This document shows, in pieces, positions 28,901 to 40,100 of a DNA stretch of 64,000 bases; within the stretch, counting starts at the first letter, position 1; every line of letters begins with the position of its first letter. Source of the stretch: Paramecium tetraurelia (lineage: Eukaryota); assembly GCA_000165425.1 (NCBI GenBank), contig CT868041.1, forward strand, positions 434,001 through 498,000, in the 5' to 3' direction. Under the pieces are notes generated by a model. It made no database searches. It was not told the origin of the DNA and worked only from the letters and a program-made list of their open reading frames with translations. The position numbers and the translations under genes are program-made.

Positions 28901-29530
28901 GGCTATTATTATTATCTTGGTTGTGGTTATGTTGTTTGTTAGTATTGATTTTAGACTCTTGAAATTTGTTTTAATAAGTATTCAATTAAACCGTATAACA
29001 TTGCCAATTGGGATCTCTTCTACTCGAATGATCCTAGATTGATATTAAATTGTAAGCATACTTGATTCAATCACTCTTCTGATTTGATCAGAGATTTGTC
29101 TGCTTTAGTCAAATAAAAACTTTCTTTATGGACCATTATATTGGTTCTGGATTGTTTACAATTGTTCATCCAATGTCTCCAATTATTCATCATAAGAGGC
29201 ATCCTCCATCAAATCGTTTGGATTGGCTATGAAGATATTTCTCATAATTACCTGAGATCATTTCATTTGTGAAATCTGAGAGTTCTTGGAGTTGTTTCAT
29301 TTCTGAATCTAACTAGCCATCTTGCAACAATTCAATGATCTCTCCCCATGAATCGAAATCTTATAACATTTATACAAAATCTGTATTTTCGCAATCTAAT
29401 TCATTTTGCTAATCCAAAAGTGTAGTCAGGTCGTAATGCAATGCCTGCACAAAGCAAACTAAATAGTTTTCAAAGAAATCCTACCTTGCATTAGAATAAC
29501 ACCTAACAAAACTAGATGTTTCGTTCTCAT
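25954..29530 (-). CDS. Secreted protein with four ~150-200 aa aromatic beta-rich (ConA/LamG-like) repeats
   Basis: Signal peptide MRTKHLVLLGVILMQ, acidic helical region, P/Q linker, then repeats starting EYGFGFWMRF, EYAVQGWFKW, QYGYGFWFRY, QYSVQGWFKW, each with a W(T/H/I)x(V/I/T)Y(F/Y)xYS-type motif. Confidence 0.8.
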
Positions 29531-29579
29531 TCTATCCGTTTTGAAAAAAAAATAATAAATAATTATAAAAAGCACATTA

Positions 29580-30200
29580 ATTATTTCTTTATAAAGTTGG
29601 TGAATAGATTCTCATCTGCTACATGCAATAATAGTTACATATTTCTTGTCCTTACAATTCTTAACACATTATACTGCCAGATCAACTGATTTTCCATCTC
29701 TCCAATGAATGTAAGGATAGCATAGCACACAAAAATGAGTAGAACAACATTTAATAAGATTTCCTCAAAATATTCAGAGGCCAAGTATCCCATTTTTATT
29801 TACTTAGTTATCATTTCAATCAAACATGCAAGAATTACAAACAAATAACCATCCAATAACAGAAACGAATCCGTCAAATACTGATTTTTAACTCGAAAAA
29901 CCTATTCCCAAGTTTAAAGAGGAAAATTAAAGCTAAACTAAAAATTAAATGGATAATTAATTTATTGATTAATTTAACAATCTAAATCTAAGCTACCAGA
30001 ATTTACAATTCAATAACCAAGAACGTAACCTCAATGAGGATGTAGACATGAGTTGATATGCGTGATCATAAACATACAATAATTTCTAAATATTTATATA
30101 CTATCCAGAAATCAAAATAATCTACTTTGATTTATCTACTTTTAATGCTCTTTCTATCCCCTTTGAGGTACTTTCTATATTTAACTTATTGTTTCTTCAT
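29580..30200 (-). CDS. Possible small membrane protein or decayed gene
   Basis: Hydrophobic code-6 segments (FLLLDGYLFVILACLIE; EILLNVVLLIFVCYAILTFIG); exon structure not resolved. Confidence 0.35.
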
Positions 30201-30742
30201 TCAAATATCTTAGCCTAACTTTTCTTTATTATTTGTCTTTAAAATATTGATACCCATTAAAAATGTAAGTTTTTAGTTTAGATACCCTTGTCGTTTATAT
30301 TATATCAGACCAACAATTATACTTCATCTCATGAATTATTTATTGAAAATGATTTTTATAATTCTGCTTTATAATTTCAAGATAAAACAAAAATCTAATA
30401 ATATTCACATTGCAAATTTACTTTTATTAACTAACTTATACAGATTAATTTAAAATCAACTTTTACAAGAGTCCTTGTAAATTTTGATATAGAACATTTC
30501 AACTTTTTGTTAAACTTCAAATATTTAATGCAGTTTTTTTATCAACAACTATTTTATTAATAATAATTTAAAGATTAAATACTCCATATTAGAGACATTA
30601 AGAGAAGATGAGTTTGAATTTGAGAGTAGTATCCACAAAGAATCAAAATTCCATGATTTTCATCTTTAGTTATAAATATCGATATTTATATAAATGATTG
30701 CTAAATATAATAAAATTCGAAATAAATAAATTAATAAAATAG

Positions 30743-31730
30743 ATGTTAAAGACATCATCGGATCCATATAAATTACCTTTATTGATGGATGTTAACAACA
30801 TTCCTGAACTTGTAGCCTATATTTGTTTTTTAGTTATTTCTATATTACTAATGATAAAAGTTTATAAAAATTTAGTAAATATCAAAAACTTGCAATTGAG
30901 CAGGACAGAAGAACAAAAAGACATGCTCTTAATATAGAAATTACTACTCATTAATTTAGCCCTTGAGAGTGTCGCATACTTGATAGAAATTGTGGGTTAT
31001 CCTTTTCTAGAATCTGAATCAGATATTTTTCCAATTTCATACTACTTTTTTTCATATTCTCATATCGTAGTACTATATATTGCTTACTGGCGGTCATCAT
31101 TGATCTGGTATTAAATTATTTGAGCTTAAGGATTCAACTTTTGAGCATGAAACAAACAGATGATACAGTTCTCAGAAACATTTACATTTGCCTAAAAAGA
31201 TTTCCTATTATAGAAATGTTTATAGTTATTTTGGCAATGTTGATGTTTGTATTCTATTTACTTAAAAGATAAACGTAAGTATTATTCAGATGACTATGTA
31301 GATTGGCTGGAGTGCTATTCTTTTCCATAACTTGCCTCATCTTGTTCATTTTTATAATTGTTGGAATTTTGTTCCGGATCTATGTGTTAACACAAAAAGA
31401 TATCCCAAGGGAGTCGAGACTAAGAGTATTATAAGATTATCTACATATTAGGTACAAATATACATTCTTGTCTTGATAATAGTCATTTTGTTTAGGTTGA
31501 TATGGAATCTACTTAATATATTGCCAAATTTCGAAGAAGTCTTAAAGGCTTTTAAATATAAAGAGAACGATGAGGGTAAGTTAACTGAGGACCCTTTCCA
31601 TTGGTTTTGCTACATCATTATCTATATCCCCCTGGCAAATTTTGTGCCAATCTTCCTATTAACAAATATATACCAACCAAAAAGTTTAAATTTGCAAAAA
31701 AGAAAAACTTTGATTGATATTTCGTTCTGA
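30743..31730 (+). CDS. Seven-transmembrane protein (GPR137/TOM1-THH1-like)
   Basis: Seven hydrophobic segments after removing three tiny introns; the last helix is YIIIYIPLANFVPIFLL. Confidence 0.7.
31275..31301 (+). other. 27-nt (3n) spliceosomal intron carrying an in-frame TGA
   Basis: gtaagtattattcagatgactatgtag; retention would read ACG TAA GTA TTA TTC AGA TGA. Confidence 0.75.
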
Positions 31731-31864
31731 TATTAATTATTAAATATAAACACAAAAAACCAAGATTAGCTGTTTTTATTTGTTGATTATTATTAAAAAA
31801 AGACATTTTGTAATTCTAATCTGAAGTAATGAGATCAATTAATTATTTGATTAATATTAATATT

Positions 31865-34025
31865 ATGTTCTCGTTGATGAAAAATATAAAAAGGATGATT
31901 CGATCCTATGACAATTTTGGAGTCTCTTTGAACTTCAATATTAGGAACAGAAAGCAATACTAAAGTGTTTGTGGAGGACTCATGTCGATTGCTATGACAA
32001 TTGTGTTTCTATATATCTTTATATCTGGATTAGCCAGCCTGTTACTGAGAAATAAATTCTAAGTATCGAAATTGCTTATCTAGATTGATGTGTAACAACT
32101 CCAAAATATGAATCCAGATTATTAAGAAATGAATATCACTAACTTCATGTTTGCCATAAAACTGGATAATCCATTCTCCATTTATTATCCAAATGACAAT
32201 AAGACAGCCTATGATATTGCCATGATCTAGACACAAATATCTAAATTAGATAACGGAACGCGTATCAAATCAGTGTTGAATGAAATATTCTTCGAACAGT
32301 GTAGAGACGAGCATTTTTAATATGTTAATTATGAGGGCTTTTAAGATATAAAAGACAATCTAGGCTCTTATTTATGTCTACCTCAAAATTTTAGTTTCAA
32401 ATTACAAGGCACATTCAACTCTGATTTCTTTTAGTATCCCTCTTTAAAGGTCTCTATCTGTTATAGGGAGGATTGCTACAGTAAGGAATAGGTTGATTAT
32501 CTCGCTTAAAATAAATCTATTATAGTATCGTTGTCAACTCTGATTCAATCCTCGATCTACATGAGGGATAGTGCAGATAATTATCTCCTTCGATATTTAA
32601 ATTCAGATTTCTATTTATAGACTACTCTCAAAGAAGAAAGCAAAGCGGACATATTTTTTAAAAACAATAAAATCATAGCTGATAACAGTATTCTGAGTTT
32701 ATATAAAGACGAAGAGAGAAAAGATTATTGGTCCTTCTCTTTATACAACTACAGAGAATTTAGAGTAATAACTAATTTTAATTTAGGGATATCATGAATA
32801 TCCAAATACTATATTTTCATTGAATTTCAGAATTAGTCAAGATTACGAATAAACCAAAAAAGCTGCAGACACTATTGATTCCTTTCTGTCATATTTTGGA
32901 GGGATGCTAAAAATCATATCTACTATATTTGGTTTAATCGCTCTATAATATAATGAGATGGGATTAAAAATCTCATTAGCAAATCATCTCTATTAATTTA
33001 ATATTCCAAAGAGAAGAAACGGATAATTTGAGTTCTCCTATGACAAGCTATTGAATGTTATTTAAGCGTCCATAAATAGAGTGACTGATTTGTAATAGAA
33101 ATTAAAACACCATGCCAAAACAATAATAAAAACAAGTATGGTGATGAGAGCTTGGAATAGCTAAAAGATTCAGAATCCTACACTTTCAAATCTGCAAACA
33201 CAATAACGAGAATAAGTGGAAACACCTTAAATTGATCATTTGCAATATAAAAAGTATGTGGAATAGTTGTAAGACTATAAGGGGAATTTCCTATAAAGAT
33301 TAATCACTGCATTTAATTCAACCAGACACGATTTGAGATTAGGAATTAATTTCATATTTTATGAATTTCTGTGGTGCACTTGTTGCGAATAAATCTAGGT
33401 AACCAAAAAGATGTTGGAACAATGCAAAGTGGTAATTGATAAGGATCTTGATATTGTTCATCTCTTGTAAAAGATCCAAGAAATCGATAAATTAAAATCA
33501 ATCATTTTAGAGAAGGATTAAATTAAGGTTTTTAGTTACACTCCAAAACCAGTTATTAATGTCGATCCTTCCCATTAGCATTAACCTATAGAAGAAGCCA
33601 ATGGAATCGATCTATTTAAATAGCTAAATTCATAGAAACCAAAATAAAGGATGAGAAGAACGGCTAATTCATATCATAAACCGAAAAAACTAATTAAGAT
33701 CTATGAGGCTTATAGTAGATTGAAATAGCATCATAATAATAAAAAAAACCAAAGAATAATCCAGCTACTTGGTCCTACAATTGAAATGATCTTCCAGAAG
33801 TATTATGAAATCTAAAATATGGCGAAAGCTATGAATTTTGATGCCAATGAGAAATTTGAAAATGCTATTCTGTAGACTGAGGTTCAAATTGCGGCAAGTC
33901 TCCCAGAAAATTTATATCATAATACTGAACGAGTGAATACTTCCAATTAGAACTAGCATAAGATGAAATTCCAATAAATTACTGCAAAGCCTTTGACAGA
34001 TGAAGATCTTCTCCAGTCAGATTGA
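31865..34025 (+). CDS. Ciliate two-TM protein with large Cys-containing ectodomain
   Basis: YDNFGVSLNF...YQSVCGGLMS + TM1; ectodomain with CLP...LQG; DSFLSYFGGMLKII + TM2; cytoplasmic DLDIVHLLQKIQEIDKLK...FSYTPKP, a signature of a large ciliate family. Confidence 0.8.
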
Positions 34026-34170
34026 TAAAAATAAATAAATGACTTTTTTTATCCATTTATTAACCATATGCTGGATAATCTAAGTTATATATTATATTTT
34101 TTTTTATTTAATTAAAATTATAATACCTTTTGACATGGCTCAAATCTTGGAATCGGAGATAGATTAAAAA

Positions 34171-36018
34171 ATGGAATAAGGAGGAGGTAAGAGCAAATTA
34201 GAATTGAAGGCTCAACTTTTAACAAAAAACATGGAGTCAGATTTAAGTGTATCTCAAATCGAAGATAATGGAACTGATTATGTGTTGAGATGCATAAAGG
34301 GAATGTACAGAGGAATGTTCATATACCTTAATTTGGTGGAGAGCGGTGAAACGATTGGCAGTGATGATAGTTGTACACTCTAGATGGAGGATTGTGGATT
34401 AGAGAGGACTCATGTGAAAATTAAATACAAGTACAATGAAGAATAAAAGAAAAACGGATATCATCTCACTTGTTTTGGCCCAACCCTAATCAAAATTCGG
34501 TATGATTGTCCTGCACTCATTAAAAATAATATGGAAATAACAATTGGAAAACAAATTTATATCATCCAAACTGTTTAAGAAGGGTTTAATGAAATTCTGG
34601 AGTGGCTTTCAATGTACGATCTCTAAGGGTTGAAGCACTTTTTCTTTGGAAACAATATCAACAACCTTAAATAGCTGAAGTAGAGTAAGATCGATCAATT
34701 AATAAGTTCGGTGCAATCTTATAGTGCCACTCAAGATTAATTGGTAAAGCTAAGAGAGGCTTATAATCAAATCGACGATATCATTCTCTAAAATTACGAT
34801 GCATTCAAGATTAATCTACTGGACAAACAAAAAAACACTGTAGTCTTGTAGTTCGGTTGGACAGGTGCAAAGATCAGTTCGAAAACACAAAGATATTAGA
34901 AACCACCTGACATTCTACTTAAGAAATAAGAAATAGATGATTTGGAAGAGAACCCCGATTTTGAATTGCTGATTAAGTTCATTTAAGGTAAGTATTGGAT
35001 TTGGGGTTCAAAAACTGATACTTACAATACATTCTATAAATAAAATAAAGAGGAAACCAGATTGATTTAGCCTGATGATGTTATTAAATTAAATAAGATT
35101 GAACTGCTGGTTCAAAGATTCAATTATGGTTATTTCTAAGATCTTGGAACCAAAAGAACATAAGAAGATTAATGTACAATTATTTAAGATTTGCAAGTGA
35201 GCAGCAGAGTTCCAGTTTCATGTTATGCAATATTTGATGGCCATAATGGCAATTCATGTGTTAATTATATGTCATAAAATCTAATGGATAATATAAGAGA
35301 GTATTTTAATTAAGAATAAAAGGAGTTTGATCATTAAAATAAATTCTTGGCTTTTCTATTTGAAAACATTAGAGCAGCATTCAAAGAAACAGATAGTGAT
35401 TTCTTAACTGATGTAGTTTAGGCAAATGCTTAAAATGACTCAGGATGTGTGGCAGTGGTCGTAATGATCATCGGAGATTACATAGTAAGTATCAATTGCG
35501 GGGATTCGAGGGCAATATTATCGAGACAAGGGGAGGCCATCAATCTAACAGAAGACCACAAACCTAATATTCCTGCCGAATAAGCGAGAATAAAAAGGAA
35601 AGGAGGTGGGGAAATAATAGGAGGTAGACTTGGAAATCTAGCTGTGTCTAGAGCCTTTGGGGATTTTAGTGAGAAAAAGAAATTCAAAAAAAATATCATC
35701 ACTCCTAAACCAGATGTTAGAGTTACCAAGATTGATTATAGAACAGATGAATTCATTCTGTTGTGCAGTGATGGTATTATTGATGGATTTGGGAATGCTG
35801 AATAAGCTGAATAGAATTTTTAATAGATTTCTCCTAGTCAAAGAGTAATTGAATTTGTTAGAAATATGTATAAGGAACAGTAGATTGGATTCTAGGATCC
35901 TTAAGATGCTGCATAATAAGTAGTATTAAGTGCTTATTAATATAATGTCACTTATAGGAGACAATCAGATAATATAAGTTGTATTATTGTTAATCTTACT
36001 CGTGGAATAGTGTTTTGA
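34171..36018 (+). CDS. PP2C phosphatase with N-terminal FHA-like and SAM-like modules
   Basis: PP2C motifs RTQED, AIFDGHNG, NCGDSRA, DHKP, LAVSRAFGD, LCSDG, DNIS; length 1848 nt (multiple of 3, apparently intronless). Confidence 0.92.
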
Positions 36019-36131
36019 ATTATATATTTTTGTATTTCTAAATTTTATATTATTAATAAGAATTCAAGAAATCTCACTTATTACTATATAATTAAAATTC
36101 AATTAGAAATTTATTAATTTTAACTTTAATA

Positions 36132-36594
36132 ATGGGATAATCTATATCAAACAGTATGAAAGAAAACTAAAAAGAAATGCAAAAGGAGATGCAGAAAAAG
36201 CAATTAGAATTAATACTCAAACAGAGGCAAACCTAATTAGCAATTTAATTTGCCTCAGGTAAGGAGTTCTTCCATTGGTATGCCTCGTTTTACTGTTTGA
36301 TCTTTCCCTTTTGTGTGATTGGAGCAATAAAAAAGAAGGTACACTTTGACATCATTTAGAATCCATTGCCTGTAGTAGTATTGGTTCCTTTAGGGTTTGT
36401 TTGTGCATATTAATATGACATGTTTTATGGGTATGAATCTGTCAGTATTTAGTGATAAGATGAAGAGGATTAAATTGGAAGCAGAACGATTAATAGAGCA
36501 AGAATCACAATTGTTTTACTTTCCAAAGAATGCCAAAATTGTTTCACAAGAGGAGTATGAATCAATCCTGGAAATTAAGAAGATAGGAAATTGA
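36132..36594 (+). CDS. PLGRKT: Plasminogen receptor KT-like (DUF2368) membrane protein
   Basis: MGQSISNSMKENQKEM...RQTQLAIQFASGKEFFHWYASF...GAIKKK...LVPLGFVCAYQYDMFYGDKMKRIKLEAERLI aligns by eye with PLGRKT; two tiny introns. Confidence 0.85.
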
Positions 36595-37151
36595 TTAATT
36601 TATAAATGTAAAATAATCCTATTTATAAATACATGATGTATGGTTTTGATTAATTCAGGAAGGATAATGAATTTCTGAGTTTAAAAATCTAAGATTATGG
36701 AGAGAGGATAATTTGATTATATTTAATTAAATAATTAATTAGTTATATTATTATTGAAATAAAATAATTAAGAGCATTTTAAATTAATAAAATATATCAT
36801 TAGAAAAATGAAACAACAATTTTATACTCATATTTGGAGTTCGCAAGTGAAAATTATTTTTATTAACAGCTGTAAGATTCAATTTATTTTGATACAGACT
36901 GCGAATATATGATCACAAAAGAGGAGCTAAAAATAAAGTTATAGTTATTGATGACAGAAAATGTAAGAGTTTTTTGATTATTGAATAAGTGAAATATTTT
37001 GTATCGCCATTCTCGGGATTAAGTTTGTTACTTTAAGTTATTTCTCTAAGTTTTCTGTGTTATATTGTTGACATATTAATATTTAAAAATGTGAATAGTT
37101 GAGTTTATAGAATATAGCGTTGATTTTTATAATAAAAATAAATAAATATAC

Positions 37152-40100
37152 ATGAAAGTCTCACTTCTTCAGCTCGAAAGATCCTATTTAGAAGCCCTTT
37201 CAGAATTTGGAGAGCACTCTTCTAAGACTCAAGAAACTCGCGTAAGGCTTATTGAGATGCTTAACCAAACAGGCAAATACTTGATATCTCAAAAGCTTCC
37301 TGGAGAAAAGTATCTGCAAAGAGCTGTTGAATTAGCCAATTTGCTAAATATGGAGGAATAACTAATCATAAAATATTAAACATTTATGTTATATGCTGAG
37401 TACTTCGAATTCACAAAGAATTATAATTAGGCATACAATTTGTTGATAAAGTTAATTCCCCTGGCAAAGGTCAATCAAAGGAATTTAATAATGATTTAAA
37501 TTCAAATTCTCAATCATGTAATTGAAAATGGTAGGTTGTGCAAGAGGAACGATATTATCCCGTTGAATGAATAATTGTTAAATTTGATGGAGGAGATTGG
37601 ACTGAGCTTTTATTTATACAAGGAATTCCCCAATAAGTTTCAACAAATTTTGCTATAAGCCTTATCCTTCCAAGCAAAGACTTTCTTGAGGTAAAATAAA
37701 GATAAAGAGGCAACACAACTGTTCTTTTAGTCCTATCATCTATGCGAAGAACTGCTGGGATTTGAAGACAAAAGAACACAAGAATACAAAAAATAGTATG
37801 AGTAATTGAGTGATAAAATCTCAGTTAATTTGGAGATTCAAAGTTAAGATGAAGAGGAGCAAGACAATGCACAGCCAATTCAAATGACCGAGAGAGAAGA
37901 GAAGAAAATTCTATCGTTTAGATCAAAAAATACATACATCAATAATTATATAATAAATGTAGATTCTGCCAGAGCACCAAAATTAGCAAAAAAGATAGAT
38001 AAGACTAAAATCGAGAAACCTATTATGAGTTAGAGAGCTCCCCCTAAGTTTAATGAATAGTAATTTTAGCAACTATTTATCATAAAGAATGCTATGAAAA
38101 GACCTTTGAGTTCACAAGGAACTACTAAAATGACGAGTCCAACTCGATGTTAATCAATAGTGTCGAAGAAGAATACAAGTAAAGCCTAAAATAGAGTTCC
38201 ATCTTTAGAATAAAGTCTCATAAAATAATTGGAAACTGCTTAACCACATGATAGAATTAATGATCTTATTATTAATAGGCCTCATTACGAAGAAGTCAAG
38301 AAATATGATATAGTCAATGCTATAAAACAAAGAAATACAAAATAATTCTCCTCCAATTATTTAATTTAGTTAATACCCCCATTTCATTCTCAAAGACCGC
38401 AAATTAGAGAACCTTCCAAAAATAATATTGCTTATAAAGTAGACAGTAAGAAGTTTCCAAGCAATCCCAGCAATTAAAAGATTGAGAGAAGTTCTTAAAA
38501 GAAAATCACAACCAATGAAATTTAACCTACTTTGAGTAATATCAGATTAGTTGGTAGTGGGATCAATTTGACTAGTGAAAATGATGATGATATTATTAAA
38601 TAATAAGAGGATAACAAAAATTATTCATTTGAAGAAGAACCTTTGAAAGTAATCAAACATTTCGATCCCATAATTGATAAATTCTTAGAAAATCATTCAA
38701 TGTAGGTTCTATTAGCTGCTGCAGATAGAATCAAGGCTAAAATGAAACATCATGTCTATTATTCCAGAAAAAAGAGGAATGAAGTTGAATCGAAGCAAAG
38801 TGCCACATCTCCAGGAAGATTACATCCGCATAACAAAAACATGACTAGATCAAGTACATATGGATTCGAGATCTTAGAGATTGTTGAAAAAAAGATATTG
38901 GAAAATGAAGCGAGTAAAATAATACATAAGTTAATATCTCCTGAAAATTAATTAGAATCTTACTCTATTCATTTTTACAATAAACTATTTACTGACCATG
39001 AAACCTCAAAGTGGATATTACAGAATCCTAAATTTAGAGGTTAAATCTTTTAGAAAAAATAAGATAAAAATGAATATCAACAATTAAGTGTTGAGTTAAT
39101 TTAGGCCATGTTATCCAATTAAAAAAAATTAGCAACGCTTTAAGTTATTGCTTCAATAGAATTATCTAATAACATACGAAAGTTTTAAGTGAGATTCATA
39201 ATTGATTCCTTAGCCTAGCATTATAAAGAGATTTCCAATTACGATGATATGTTGGAATTATTCAACCAACTAACTCAAATCTACTTCATCTAGGAAAATC
39301 TATTAAATGAATGGAAGGAATAACATCGATAATATACTCTATATGTAGTCAGTAGTAATTAAGAAAATGAAGATCTTAAACTTAAGAATTAGATTGAGAA
39401 TGTTAGAGGCCATGAAACTTATAAAATAGATTATTATTAGGATTTACTATCCAAGATCTTATTTCTAATCAGGAGGATGAGTTATGTAAAAACTATCAAT
39501 GGTTTCAAGTTTAAATCAGAAACTTAGGATCTCTAGAACTCCATTTAAAAATACAACAATGAGATATATTAAAAAAAAATTCACAGAATGAAATCATATT
39601 TCTAGTATACAGATATGTCTATGCAATTGAAGGACTAAAAAAATACAAAGCCATTAAAAAAAGAATTGACAAAAAGATAACGCAGGAAAATGAAAGATAA
39701 ACATCTTTTCATTGCAGATGATAGTTAATAGAGTTTTATGAATGATAGCAACACACCATAATTTGAAGAGAATAGGTCTGCATCACCTGTAAAAAGCATC
39801 AAGAACAAGGACTCTGTTAAAGATAATGATAAAATGTCTAGATAGAATTCTAATGATTCTCCTCATTCTAAGTATAAATAATAGTAATCATTAAAAGCAA
39901 ATGCTAGAATTTCATTGCAATAACCAGATACTTAAGCAGAATTGTCTGAAATATTTTCACTAGAAACTCAGGATTATCTCAAAAGATACTTTCCTGAATT
40001 CAAATTAAATGTACCTCCACTTAATTATATTCCTACTTCTATCTAAATTGTGTAAAAATACTAAGTTGAATCCCATTACTACTTTAAAAAAGAATTGCCT

